Source: a virus. From it: DNA of 35,714 bases. Below the pieces are notes generated by a model. The model worked only from the letters and a program-made list of their open reading frames with translations, did no database searches and was not told the DNA's origin. The position numbers and the translations under genes are program-made. How positions within the stretch are numbered: position 1 is the first letter of the stretch; each line of letters opens with the position of its first letter. Where the stretch lies: the IMG/VR virus record IMGVR_UViG_3300045988_136473; one strand, written 5' to 3'. Shown here piece after piece: positions 15,861 to 25,586 of this stretch.

Positions 15861-17186
15861 ATGTCTGATTTTGTCGGCGGCGGGTACAAGGTCTTTTGGA
15901 ATTTCAAAGGCAGGTACAGGGTTTGCAAAGGCAGCAGAGCATCAAAGAAATCAAAGACAACGGCTTTGTGGTACATCAGTCATTTATCGAAGGCGAAATA
16001 CAGCGGCGCAAATCTTCTTGTTATTCGTAAAACATACCGCACATTGAAAGACAGCTGCTTTACCGATTTGAAGTGGGCGGTCAACAGGCTGGGGCTTCAG
16101 GGTGTATGGGTTGCAAAAGAAAACCCCCTTGAAATCACGAATGTTAAAACGGGACAAAAAATACTATTCAGGGGTCTTGATGATGCGCTGAAGATAACAT
16201 CAATCACAGTTGAAGTCGGCTATTTGTGCTGGGCGTGGATTGAAGAAGCGTATGAAATATTTGATGAAACTGATTTTGATATGATTGATGAAAGCATCAG
16301 GGGTGAAATACCCGCACCGCTTTTCAAACAAATCACAATCACCTTCAACCCGTGGAATGAACGGCACTTTTTGAAGCACCGCTTTTTTGATGAAGTGACA
16401 GGCTATGACACCGCTGGCAAGCCTATATACAGAGAGCGCAAGACCGACATATCAGAAGACGGTGAAATTCTTGCAATGACAACGAACTACACCTGCAATG
16501 AATTTCTTGATGCCGCAGATTTGAAGGTCTTTGAAAATATGAAGAAGAACAACCCCCGCCGATACGCTGTTGCAGGTTTAGGGGGCTGGGGCATAACAGA
16601 CGGGCTTGTGTATGAGAACTGGAAGGAAATGCCCTTCAGATTGATGACAAAAGAAGCGTTTGAAGCGCTTGAAGAAAAACCCGAAGAAGCGGTTGTGTTC
16701 TTTGACAATATAGAAGACGGGTTCGGGCTTGATTTCGGTTACACGAATGACCCCACCGCCGCCTTTATCGGCTTTATAGACACAGCAAACAAAAAAATAT
16801 ATGTGTATGATGAACTATACAAGAAGGGCTTGTCAAATCGGCGCATATACGAAGAAATCACAAGGATGGGTTATAACAAAGACCGCTTCACAGGTGATTC
16901 CGCAGAGCCGAAAAGCATTGACGAATTGCGGGGTTACGGTATGCGCATTACAGGCGCAAAAAAGGGCAAAGACAGCATCAACAACGGCATTCAGTACATA
17001 CAGGACTTTGAAATCATCATACACCCCCGCTGTGTAAACTTTTTAACCGAAGTCAGCAATTACAGTTGGGCAAAAGACAAATTCGGCAACAAGCTGAATG
17101 TGCCGATTGATGACTTTAACCACCTTATGGACTCAATGCGTTACGGGCTTGAAAAATACATCAGACAGACAAAATGGTTGATATAA
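15861..17186 (+). CDS. terL: Terminase large subunit (PBSX/Terminase_3-like)
   Basis: About 441 aa. Walker-A-like KGSRASKKSKT, WIEEA (Walker B-like). C-terminal nuclease region with DDFNHLMDSMRY. Confidence 0.9.
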   Translation: MSDFVGGGYKVFWNFKGRYRVCKGSRASKKSKTTALWYISHLSKAKYSGANLLVIRKTYRTLKDSCFTDLKWAVNRLGLQGVWVAKENPLEITNVKTGQKILFRGLDDALKITSITVEVGYLCWAWIEEAYEIFDETDFDMIDESIRGEIPAPLFKQITITFNPWNERHFLKHRFFDEVTGYDTAGKPIYRERKTDISEDGEILAMTTNYTCNEFLDAADLKVFENMKKNNPRRYAVAGLGGWGITDGLVYENWKEMPFRLMTKEAFEALEEKPEEAVVFFDNIEDGFGLDFGYTNDPTAAFIGFIDTANKKIYVYDELYKKGLSNRRIYEEITRMGYNKDRFTGDSAEPKSIDELRGYGMRITGAKKGKDSINNGIQYIQDFEIIIHPRCVNFLTEVSNYSWAKDKFGNKLNVPIDDFNHLMDSMRYGLEKYIRQTKWLI

Positions 17187-17199
17187 AGGGGTGATTTCA

Positions 17200-18657
17200 A
17201 TGCTGAACGAAAGCGAAATCCTAAATTTAATAAACGAAGACAAGCAAAGCGCCTTGAAACTTGCGGCAGAAGAAGGTCACAATTATTATGATGGGAAACA
17301 CGATATTCAGAAAAGCCGCATTTTTTATTACAATGCAGACGGTGAACTGGTTGAAGACAAGACCCGCAGCAACATCAAAATCTGTCATCAATTCTTTACT
17401 GAACTTGTTGACCAGTGTGTGCAGTACATCTTGTCAGGTGATGAACCGCTGGTTGCTTCTGATGATCCTGAACTGCAAGGCTTTCTTGATGAATACTTTG
17501 ATGAAGAATTCATTGCTGAATTAAGTGACACGCTGACCGACACCTGCAAAGGCGGGTTCGGTTATATGTACGCATACAAGAGCACCAAAAAAAGAATTGC
17601 TTTTCAGTTTGCACAGGCAATGGGTGTTGTTGAAGTCAGGGCAAAAGATACCGACACAAACACCGAAAATGTTATTTACTGGTACACAGACCGCATTGCG
17701 AAGTCAAACAAGACAATCAAGCGCATTCAGGTTTGGGATGACCAACAGACATATTATTATGTGACTGATGGTGAAGGCAAAATTGAACTTGACAAAGACG
17801 AAAAAATCAACCCCCGACCTCACATCCTTTACAAGAAGGAAAATGACCCTGCAACATATTATGACGGGTTCGGGTTCATTCCCTTCTTCAGGCTTGACAG
17901 CTGCCGTCAAAAGACAAGTCACCTGAAGCCGATTAAAGCGCTGATTGATGATTATGATATGATGGCTTGCGGTCTGTCAAATAACCTTGTTGATTTTGAT
18001 ACACCGATACACATTGTCAAAGGCTTTCAGGGTGATAACCTTGACGAACTGCAAACGAACCTGAAGACAAAAAAGATTATCGGTGTTGAACCTGACGGTG
18101 GCATTGATATTCAGACGGTTGATATACCGTATCAGGCAAGGCTGGCAAAACTTGAACTTGATGACAAGAACATTTACAGGTTCGGCATGGGCTTCAATTC
18201 TTCACAAATCGGTGACGGCAACATCACAAATGTTGTCATCAAATCAAGGTATGCGCTGCTTGACCTGAAGTGCAACAAACTTGCCAAGCGCCTGAAGGCA
18301 TTTTTGAAGAAGATTGTGAAGGTTGTTATTGATGAAATAAACAATGACAATGACACCGCCTACAAGGCATCAGATGTATATTTCAATATCAAACCCGAAG
18401 TTATCACGAATGCGGCAGACAACGCAAGCATTGAAAAGACGAAAGCAGAGACAAAGCAAATAATCATCAACACGCTTCTTGCGGTTGCATCAAAGTTTGA
18501 TGATGAAACCCTGATGAAGGCGCTTTGTGATATTCTTGAAATTGATTATGAAGAAATCAAAGACAAGCTGCCGAAAAACCCGCTTGATTTGAATGCGGCA
18601 AGTGAAGCGCTTGCAAACGAACCGACAGAAAGCGAAGGCGGCGGTGAAGATGACTGA
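17200..18657 (+). CDS. Portal protein (SPP1 gp6-like)
   Basis: About 485 aa, directly after terL, with an acidic C-terminus. ATG at 17200 lies 8 nt after AAAGGGG. Confidence 0.85.
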   Translation: MLNESEILNLINEDKQSALKLAAEEGHNYYDGKHDIQKSRIFYYNADGELVEDKTRSNIKICHQFFTELVDQCVQYILSGDEPLVASDDPELQGFLDEYFDEEFIAELSDTLTDTCKGGFGYMYAYKSTKKRIAFQFAQAMGVVEVRAKDTDTNTENVIYWYTDRIAKSNKTIKRIQVWDDQQTYYYVTDGEGKIELDKDEKINPRPHILYKKENDPATYYDGFGFIPFFRLDSCRQKTSHLKPIKALIDDYDMMACGLSNNLVDFDTPIHIVKGFQGDNLDELQTNLKTKKIIGVEPDGGIDIQTVDIPYQARLAKLELDDKNIYRFGMGFNSSQIGDGNITNVVIKSRYALLDLKCNKLAKRLKAFLKKIVKVVIDEINNDNDTAYKASDVYFNIKPEVITNAADNASIEKTKAETKQIIINTLLAVASKFDDETLMKALCDILEIDYEEIKDKLPKNPLDLNAASEALANEPTESEGGGEDD

Positions 18658-20242
18658 CCGTGAAAAAGAACTGCTGAAAATCAATATTGACAATGAACAG
18701 AGTATAATTGATGCATTGACAAAGAATTACACACGGGCGCTTGCTGATGTGAAGCGGAACATCAGGTCATTACAGGCATTACCTGAAACGCAGTCAAGGA
18801 TATATCAAATTGAATATCAAAAGAACCTTGAACGGCAGATTTCAGCATTTCTTGATGTTTTGAAAACTGAAAACTACATAACAATTACTGATTACCTTGC
18901 GAAATGCTATGAAACAGGCTTTGTTGGGTCAGCATACGCCCTTCAAGGGGTAGGCGAAGGCTTTTTTGCACCGTTAAATCAAGAACAGGTTGTAAAGGCG
19001 GTAGAAACGGTCAGCGAAGATGTCAAACTTGCTGAACGAATTGATGTTGACACGGCGCAGTTGAAGCGTGATGTCATATCAGAAATACAGCGGGGCTTTT
19101 CAACAGATTTGTCATATACTGAAATTGCCCGAAATATCAGCAATTTGGGGCAGTCATCAATGTATAGGGCGTTAAGAATTGCAAGAACAGAAGGCGGCAG
19201 AATTCAATGCGAAGCAGACATGGACTTTGCAAGGGCTGCGAAATCGTCAGGGCTTGATGTTGTAAAGGTTTGGCGGTCTGTTCTTGACGGCAAAACAAGG
19301 GAGTCGCATCAGAAGGTTGATAAAGAGTGGCAAGAAATTGAAGACCCGTTTTCAAACGGTCTGATGTACCCCCATGACCCGAATGCACCCGCTTCTGAAC
19401 GCTGCAATTGCCGTTGTGATATGGTTGAATTGCCCCGCTGGTATGTCAAGGCTGGCGGCAACAAATTACGGCGTGACAATGAAACGGGTGAAATAATAGA
19501 ATGCAGCAATTATGCCGAATTCAAAGAAAAGTATTTGAATGACCCTGACAGGGTGCGCAAGGTCAGGGCTGAAAAGGCTGCATCTTCTGTTGACAGGGAG
19601 CAATTCAGGAGATATAATGAAGTCCTGAAGGGCATTGCACCTGACAATTTGCAAGATTTCTATGAAATGAAATATGCAACGCCTGATGTATGGAAAGACC
19701 TTCAAAAGAAGTATAGAATTGTCAATCAATACAAGATTGACAGCGGACATCTGACACCGAAACAAATACTTGACCTTGACAGGCAGATAATAACCGAAAA
19801 GCGCACAAATTTCACAAGCAAGTATAAAACTTCAGGCAATATTGCTGGTGTGTATATAGGCAAGAAGAAAGACAAACTGTTTCTTGCGCACAGTAAAATT
19901 GATGCTGTTGCAGAAACAGGCAAATACAAAGGCAAACATATTTGTGTGCCGTTATCTGACAAAAGGCAATTCAAATATATTGATGTTCGCAAAAGTGATG
20001 GGTCAATACGCAAACACACATATTATGATTCCGAAGCAAAGCTGTTTGAATACCTTGCGGCGCAATACGAAAAACACCCCTTTGATGAAATCACATTGCT
20101 TTCTGAAAGGGGTATGTGCGACAGCTGCAAAGGCGTAATGCGGCAATTTGCTGAAAAATACGGTGTAAAGGTCAATGCTGTATCAAATAAGAAAGTGGAG
20201 GGTGATGTATGGAAGCACAGGCAAAGAAGCAAGAAGAATTAA
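18650..20242 (+). CDS. MuF/SPP1 gp7-like minor head protein fused to a C-terminal deaminase-like toxin domain
   Basis: MuF core ...RIARTEGGRIQCEAD...DGKTRESHQKVD...ERCNCRCDM. The C-terminal ~150 aa carry DSE (20027..20035) and CDSC (20117..20128). Confidence 0.8.
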   Translation: MTDREKELLKINIDNEQSIIDALTKNYTRALADVKRNIRSLQALPETQSRIYQIEYQKNLERQISAFLDVLKTENYITITDYLAKCYETGFVGSAYALQGVGEGFFAPLNQEQVVKAVETVSEDVKLAERIDVDTAQLKRDVISEIQRGFSTDLSYTEIARNISNLGQSSMYRALRIARTEGGRIQCEADMDFARAAKSSGLDVVKVWRSVLDGKTRESHQKVDKEWQEIEDPFSNGLMYPHDPNAPASERCNCRCDMVELPRWYVKAGGNKLRRDNETGEIIECSNYAEFKEKYLNDPDRVRKVRAEKAASSVDREQFRRYNEVLKGIAPDNLQDFYEMKYATPDVWKDLQKKYRIVNQYKIDSGHLTPKQILDLDRQIITEKRTNFTSKYKTSGNIAGVYIGKKKDKLFLAHSKIDAVAETGKYKGKHICVPLSDKRQFKYIDVRKSDGSIRKHTYYDSEAKLFEYLAAQYEKHPFDEITLLSERGMCDSCKGVMRQFAEKYGVKVNAVSNKKVEGDVWKHRQRSKKN

Positions 20243-20577
20243 ACCTTTATGCTGATTTCAAAGCCGATATACAATCCGCAAAAACAAAATACCTGATTGA
20301 CGGTGAAGAAGCAAGCACATGGGAAAACAGTTGGTTCTATCAGAATACAACAACCCGTGAAGATTACCGAATGTGCATTGTCATTTCGCTTGCAGTATAT
20401 GAGATTGAAAAGGACAACATTTCAAAGGCAATGATTGATGAAGTTGATTATTACTTTGATGAAGTCTTTGTGCAGCGGTCTTTTGATGATGTCTTTACTG
20501 ACAAAGAAGCTGAAACAGAATGCTTTGAAGACATCAGATGGTGTTACAACAAATTGAAAGAAAAAGGTTTATTATAA
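20209..20577 (+). CDS. Putative immunity protein for the MuF toxin domain
   Basis: 122-aa acidic protein. GGAGGG RBS. The start overlaps the toxin 3' end by 34 nt, and a terminator follows. Confidence 0.5.
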   Translation: MEAQAKKQEELNLYADFKADIQSAKTKYLIDGEEASTWENSWFYQNTTTREDYRMCIVISLAVYEIEKDNISKAMIDEVDYYFDEVFVQRSFDDVFTDKEAETECFEDIRWCYNKLKEKGLL

Positions 20578-20602
20578 GCGCCTGATTACGGGCGCTTTTC
20601 TT
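20577..20602 (+). terminator. Rho-independent terminator
   Basis: Stem agcgcc / ggcgct, 8-nt loop, T-rich tail. Confidence 0.65.
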
Positions 20603-20786
20603 ATGCTCAAATTTAATAATGTTGAATGAAGCATCTTGTGAAAACAGGGTGCTTTTTTCATATATTTCACCCCTTGACACGGGATATAAACTGTCAAATA
20701 TTACTCCTGCAATATGAGATATAAACTGTTGCGCCTTTAGCGGAAGACACCGCATATAAAAACGAAAAGGCAGAAAGGTAGGTTTT

Positions 20787-21437
20787 ATGGACTTTTTGAA
20801 GGCAATTTTGGGTGATGACCTTTATTCACAGGTTGAAGCAAAGGTGAATGCTTACAATGCTGATGAAGCGAACAAGGATAAGCAGGTGAAAATCGGCAAC
20901 CTTGCTTCAGGCGAATACACCAGCAAAAACAAGTATTCAGACCTTGAAACCGAAAAGGGCAATCTCCAGCAGCAGCTTCAGGCTGCGCAGCAGACAATTG
21001 CAGATTTGAAAAAGTCAAACAAGGGTGATGAAGGCTTGCAGCAGAAGGTTACTGAATACGAAGCCGAAATCACAAAGCTGACTGACGAACTGGCGGCAAC
21101 AAAGACTGACAATGCTTTGCGTAATGCCCTGACGGAAGCGGGTGCGGTTGATGTTGATTACCTAATGTTCAAGGTTAAGCAGAAGGGCAAGGTTGAAATG
21201 GGCGAAGACGGCAAAATCAAAGGCATTGATGACACAATTTCAAGCCTTAAAACGCAGTATGCCCAGCAGTTTAGCGGTTCGGATTCGGGCAAGAAGTATG
21301 CCGAAAAGAAGTTGCCTGAAGAAGATGACAAAAGCAAGGGCATCACGAAGAAAGAATTGCTTTCTATGCCGTATCCTGAACGCAACAAATTTTATCAGGA
21401 AAACCCTGAAAAATTCAATGAAATTATGAATTCTTAA
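20787..21437 (+). CDS. Capsid scaffolding protein (GP20-like)
   Basis: MDFLKAILGDDLYSQVEAKV... Coiled-coil, Lys/Glu-rich. Immediately upstream of the major capsid gene. Confidence 0.75.
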   Translation: MDFLKAILGDDLYSQVEAKVNAYNADEANKDKQVKIGNLASGEYTSKNKYSDLETEKGNLQQQLQAAQQTIADLKKSNKGDEGLQQKVTEYEAEITKLTDELAATKTDNALRNALTEAGAVDVDYLMFKVKQKGKVEMGEDGKIKGIDDTISSLKTQYAQQFSGSDSGKKYAEKKLPEEDDKSKGITKKELLSMPYPERNKFYQENPEKFNEIMNS

Positions 21438-21455
21438 AGAAAGAAGGTATTTATT

Positions 21456-22469
21456 ATGTCAGTTACAATGATGTCTGATATTATCAACCCCGAAGTAATG
21501 GGTCCCGCTATTGATGCGAAGATTGATGCGCTTGCAAAAATCACCCCGTATGCGAAGGTTGACACCACGCTTGTCGGTGTTGCAGGTGACACAAAGACGG
21601 TTCCTTGCTGGAACTATATCGGTGATGCTGAAGAAGTTGCAGAAGGCGCAGAGATTACGCCCACCAAACTTACGGCATCAAGCACACAATTTACTGTCAA
21701 GAAGGCAATGAAGTCTGTTTCTATTACGCAGGAGGCTGTGAACAGCGGTCACGGCAACCCTGTTGGTCAGGCTGAAACGCAGCTTGCAAAGGCTGTTATC
21801 GGCAAGGTTGACAGCGATTGCATCACCGCTGCATACACTTCAAACAATGTTCACGATGGCACCGCTGGCATTATCGGCTACAAGGGTGTTGTTGCTGCAA
21901 ACGGCAAGTTTGAAGATGAAGAAGATGAAATTGAAAAGGTGCTTTTCATTCATCCTAATCAGGAAACACAGATGCTTGTTGACCCTGATTTTCTTTCCGC
22001 TGATAAATTTACGGGCGGTGTTGCAGTCAAGGGCGCAATCGGCAAGGTTGCTGGCGCTTGGGTTAAGAAGTCGAAGAAAGTTGTGCTTGTTAAGTACGAA
22101 AAGGCAACGGGTGGTTCTATTACTATTGTTGCCGACAGCGCAAACGAAACCAGCACAAACAAGCACCTTGCAAGCATTCAGCCTTACTGCATTACTGCCT
22201 TAAAGGTAGGCGATAAGGTGAACGCTGCATCTGCTGAATACTATGCAAATCCGATTATCAAGATTGAACCCGACAGCCCCGAAACAGAGTACACCGAAGA
22301 TGAACTTCCCGCACTTACAATCTTTTTGAAGAAGGATACCACCGTTGACACAGAGTGGTTCCCGAAGAAGCAGATTACCGATATTACCGCTTGCAAGTAT
22401 TACGGTGTTGCGCTCACGAATGCAGCGAAGGTTGTTGTTGCAAAGTTTCTTGCGGTTGCAGCATCATAA
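21456..22469 (+). CDS. Major capsid protein
   Basis: 337 aa, follows the scaffold gene, strong RBS, and a strong terminator follows. Confidence 0.85.
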   Translation: MSVTMMSDIINPEVMGPAIDAKIDALAKITPYAKVDTTLVGVAGDTKTVPCWNYIGDAEEVAEGAEITPTKLTASSTQFTVKKAMKSVSITQEAVNSGHGNPVGQAETQLAKAVIGKVDSDCITAAYTSNNVHDGTAGIIGYKGVVAANGKFEDEEDEIEKVLFIHPNQETQMLVDPDFLSADKFTGGVAVKGAIGKVAGAWVKKSKKVVLVKYEKATGGSITIVADSANETSTNKHLASIQPYCITALKVGDKVNAASAEYYANPIIKIEPDSPETEYTEDELPALTIFLKKDTTVDTEWFPKKQITDITACKYYGVALTNAAKVVVAKFLAVAAS

Positions 22470-22473
22470 TCAC

Positions 22474-22504
22474 ACCCACCGTGAATGCGGTGGGTTATTT
22501 TTTT
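22474..22504 (+). terminator. Rho-independent terminator after the capsid gene
   Basis: Stem acccaccg / cggtgggt, 6-nt loop, then TTATTTTTTTT. Confidence 0.8.
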
Positions 22505-22520
22505 GAAAGAAGGTGTTGAT

Positions 22521-23042
22521 TTGATAATCAGTATTGCTGAATTAAAGAAAGAGATGGGCGAAACTGAATTGACTGATGCTTCACTTGAAAGAAAGATGAA
22601 AGCGATTGAACAGGCAATCAGAGCCTACACAAACAACAATTTTCAAAACAGGGCAATTCGCTTTGTTGCACCTTCAGATGAAAATTTATTACTTTTCACA
22701 AGCCCTTATATTGCCGTAAATGACACATTGCAGATAACGCAGTCAATCAATCAGGGATTATATAAAATCACAGAAATTGACGATTGTGTGAAGTGTGATG
22801 GCACATTGTACCCCTGCGAACAAAATCTAATTACAAAGGTTGAATACCCTGATGATGTAATTGAAGGGTGCATCAACCTTCTGAAGTGGGATATTGAAAA
22901 CAGGGACAAAACAGGTGTGCAGTCTGAAACGATTTCAAGGCATTCAGTCACATATTTCAATCAAGACGCATCAAACACCGCTATGGGATACCCCATTGCG
23001 CTGTTAGGCTTCTTGAAGCCGTATGTGAAGGCAAGATTTTGA
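22521..23042 (+). CDS. Head-tail connector (gp6-like/QLRG-type)
   Basis: ISIAELKKEMGETELTDASLERKMKAIEQAIRAYTNNNF fits the connector family N-terminus. A TTG start at 22521 avoids the terminator hairpin, but the start is uncertain. Confidence 0.6.
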   Translation: MIISIAELKKEMGETELTDASLERKMKAIEQAIRAYTNNNFQNRAIRFVAPSDENLLLFTSPYIAVNDTLQITQSINQGLYKITEIDDCVKCDGTLYPCEQNLITKVEYPDDVIEGCINLLKWDIENRDKTGVQSETISRHSVTYFNQDASNTAMGYPIALLGFLKPYVKARF

Positions 23043-23044
23043 TT

Positions 23045-23482
23045 ATGTCAAAGATAAGCGGTAACATTTTTGCGTTTCTTCAGATTTATGACGAAGCGCA
23101 CGAAAACGAAATTGGGGAGGTTGTGCCTTCTTGGGTGAACGCTGCAAAGCTGAAAGGATTTCTTGACTTTAGCGGCGGCGGCAGCAAGTACACAACCTTC
23201 AGTGCGAAGACCGAAGAAACAACGCATATTTTTATTTGCGATTATGCGAACCTGAACAAGTTGCACTTTCTTCTTGATACTGATGACAAGAAGATAACAG
23301 ATAATGAAGGTGTTGCCATTCAGACACAATCTGCTGACGATACCTTCAGTATCAACAGCGAAAAAGCAAGGGTTGTGATTGACGGTCTGAAGTATGATTT
23401 GCTTTATCTTGATGATCCTATGGGGTTACACAAACACCTTGAATTGTACTTGAAGTTTACAGGCGGTGATGCGAATGTCTGA
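23045..23482 (+). CDS. Putative head-closure/head-tail joining protein
   Basis: Called by position only. The ATG at 23045 overlaps the upstream stop. Confidence 0.4.
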   Translation: MSKISGNIFAFLQIYDEAHENEIGEVVPSWVNAAKLKGFLDFSGGGSKYTTFSAKTEETTHIFICDYANLNKLHFLLDTDDKKITDNEGVAIQTQSADDTFSINSEKARVVIDGLKYDLLYLDDPMGLHKHLELYLKFTGGDANV

Positions 23483-23900
23483 TTTCAAAATTGAATTCAC
23501 GAACAACGCAAAGGTTATAAAACGGGCGATTGCTGATGCGCAAAAAACATGGCTTGTTCAGTCTGCTGAAATACTGCGTGATGCTGTGCGTGACCTGACA
23601 AGGGTTAAAACAGGCAAAACAAAGCGGTCTTTCAATTATTATTTGCAGTCAAAAGGTGATGACCTTGAAGCAAAGGTCGGTTCACCTGATGAAAATGCAA
23701 TATGGGAAGAATTCGGCACGGGTGAATACGCACTTGAAGGCAACGGCAGAAAAGGCGGCTGGGTTTATACGAATGAAAAGGGCGAAAAGGTATTCACTTA
23801 CGGCAAAACACCTTCAAGGGCTTTATACTATGCCTGTAAAAGCGTGGAGGGTGCGCTGAAGGCAGGGTTTAAAGAAGTGTTTGGAGGTGTTTTTAAATGA
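23475..23900 (+). CDS. HK97 gp10-family tail-completion protein
   Basis: RVKTGKTKRSF...VGSPDENAIWEEFGTG matches the gp10-family pattern (TG.l..S ... EfGT). Start is one of 23466, 23469 or 23475. Confidence 0.7.
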   Translation: MSDFKIEFTNNAKVIKRAIADAQKTWLVQSAEILRDAVRDLTRVKTGKTKRSFNYYLQSKGDDLEAKVGSPDENAIWEEFGTGEYALEGNGRKGGWVYTNEKGEKVFTYGKTPSRALYYACKSVEGALKAGFKEVFGGVFK

Positions 23901-24274
23901 TAACAGAAGCGCTGAATGTCATTAAAGACGAACTGCGAAAAATCGGCGTGAACTATAAGTTTTTCAGGTGGCAAGGCACGGTGAAATACCCGTATTTTGT
24001 CGGCGAAATAAGCACAGATGATTTTGCTGACGAAAACGGCTATCAATCGGGTACCTTCTTCCTGAACGGTTTTACACGGGGTGAAGTCTTTGATTTGTTG
24101 AAAATCAGCGAAAAAATCAAACAACATTTTGCAGATTTTAGGTGCATATCAGAAAGCGGCAGCGGTATTTCAATTACCTTTGCCGCTTCTACTGTTATAG
24201 CGCAAGATGATGCAGAATTGAAAAGAATTCAAATAACTTTATCACTTAAAGATTGGAGTGTGAACAATGAGTAA
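23897..24274 (+). CDS. Putative tail terminator / hypothetical
   Basis: Called by position, immediately upstream of the major tail gene. Confidence 0.4.
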   Translation: MITEALNVIKDELRKIGVNYKFFRWQGTVKYPYFVGEISTDDFADENGYQSGTFFLNGFTRGEVFDLLKISEKIKQHFADFRCISESGSGISITFAASTVIAQDDAELKRIQITLSLKDWSVNNE

Positions 24275-24869
24275 AGCAGGTAGAAATGGCGTTACTTCAA
24301 GCACACCGAAAAATATTATGTTCGGTGCGGGTACTATTCACAAGAACCTTGCATATACCGCTGGCACAAGCGGTGCGACGGGTTCATGGAACTTTGAAGA
24401 AAGTATTGTCGGCGCAACGGCTGGCGGTTCAAAGTTTTCTGTTACGCCTGAAGTTACAACGGTTGAAGTTGATGGTGTGCTTGTCAAAACAAAGGGCTTT
24501 CACAAGAAGACGGGCGAAGCCGCACAAATGGAAATCAATTTTGCCGAAATCAAAACAGAGCTGATAAAGGCTGCTGTTATCGGTCAAAGCACGGTAACAG
24601 AAGACAGCACATATACGAAAATTACAACGAAGCCTGACATTGAAACAGGTGATTACTGGGACAATATCGGTTTTGTCGGTGAAACGCTTGAAGGCAAGAA
24701 AATCATTGTCATTATGCACAATGCGCTTTGCACATCAGGCTTTGAACTTGAAGGCAAGAACAAAGAAGCGGGAACGCTTGCTGCAACCTTTGAATGCAAT
24801 GCAGACCTTGAAGATGAAGGCACATTTGATACCTTGCCTGTTGAAATTTATTATCCGTCTTCAAACTAA
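24267..24869 (+). CDS. Major tail protein
   Basis: 200 aa, upstream of the chaperone pair and the tape measure. Confidence 0.7.
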   Translation: MSKAGRNGVTSSTPKNIMFGAGTIHKNLAYTAGTSGATGSWNFEESIVGATAGGSKFSVTPEVTTVEVDGVLVKTKGFHKKTGEAAQMEINFAEIKTELIKAAVIGQSTVTEDSTYTKITTKPDIETGDYWDNIGFVGETLEGKKIIVIMHNALCTSGFELEGKNKEAGTLAATFECNADLEDEGTFDTLPVEIYYPSSN

Positions 24870-24902
24870 TCATTTTTTTATTATGAAAGGGGTTAAACCG
24901 CT

Positions 24903-25286
24903 ATGACAAAATATACATTCAGACAGTTGACATCAACAGATATTTTTCCTGTGTGTAATATCATTTCAAAAATCGGCATCAGGGAACTGAAAAGTTGCCT
25001 TGACACACAAAACCTTGCTGTGTTTGCAGCGCAGGGCGGCAAGAAGAACAAAAGTGCAATCATGGCGCTTGGTGCAAGCGTTGCTTTTGATATTGCAGGT
25101 GTTGTCTTTGCAAATATGCAAAAATGCGAAGCAGAAATCTTTACATTTCTTGCTTCAGTAACAGATTTGACAGAAGATGACCTGCGCACAATGCCTCCCG
25201 CCGATTTTGCAGATATTATCATCAATTTCTTCAAAAAAGAAGAACTGGGGGATTTTATTTCGGTTGTTTCAAAATTCATCAAGTAG
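24903..25286 (+). CDS. Tail assembly chaperone (G-like)
   Basis: 127 aa, between the major tail gene and the tape measure. A6 run near the 3' end. Confidence 0.65.
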   Translation: MTKYTFRQLTSTDIFPVCNIISKIGIRELKSCLDTQNLAVFAAQGGKKNKSAIMALGASVAFDIAGVVFANMQKCEAEIFTFLASVTDLTEDDLRTMPPADFADIIINFFKKEELGDFISVVSKFIK

Positions 25287-25300
25287 GTTTAATTAAATTC

Positions 25301-25582
25301 ATGGACTTGCTATTCAGTAGATATGCAAGCCCTTTTGTTTTTTTAGACACTTTAATTTCAAACGGTTTGTTCACGCAAGGCATTGATGAAATATGGGGCT
25401 GCGTATCAGAAGACAGGGCGTGGGAATTCTATTTGCACAAGGTCTTCAATCAAAGTTTTGACGATTTCAAAAAGGCTGAAATTGACGAACCGCAAGAAAT
25501 GACACCTGATGATTTTGAAGCAACGGTCAATAATTCAAAATCTATGTTACAGGGGTTTGACCCCCGCAAAAGCGGAGGTTGA
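25301..25582 (+). CDS. Tail assembly chaperone, T-like part (probably expressed as a -1 frameshift extension)
   Basis: In the -1 frame relative to 24903..25286. That frame is open from at least 25220. No RBS before the ATG at 25301. Confidence 0.55.
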   Translation: MDLLFSRYASPFVFLDTLISNGLFTQGIDEIWGCVSEDRAWEFYLHKVFNQSFDDFKKAEIDEPQEMTPDDFEATVNNSKSMLQGFDPRKSGG

Positions 25583-25586
25583 TTGA

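Noticed and set aside
21763-22203. The 146-aa alternative-frame ORF within the capsid gene
   Set aside because: It has a Leu/Arg-rich low-complexity translation and sits in an off-frame of a highly expressed gene. There is no independent signal.
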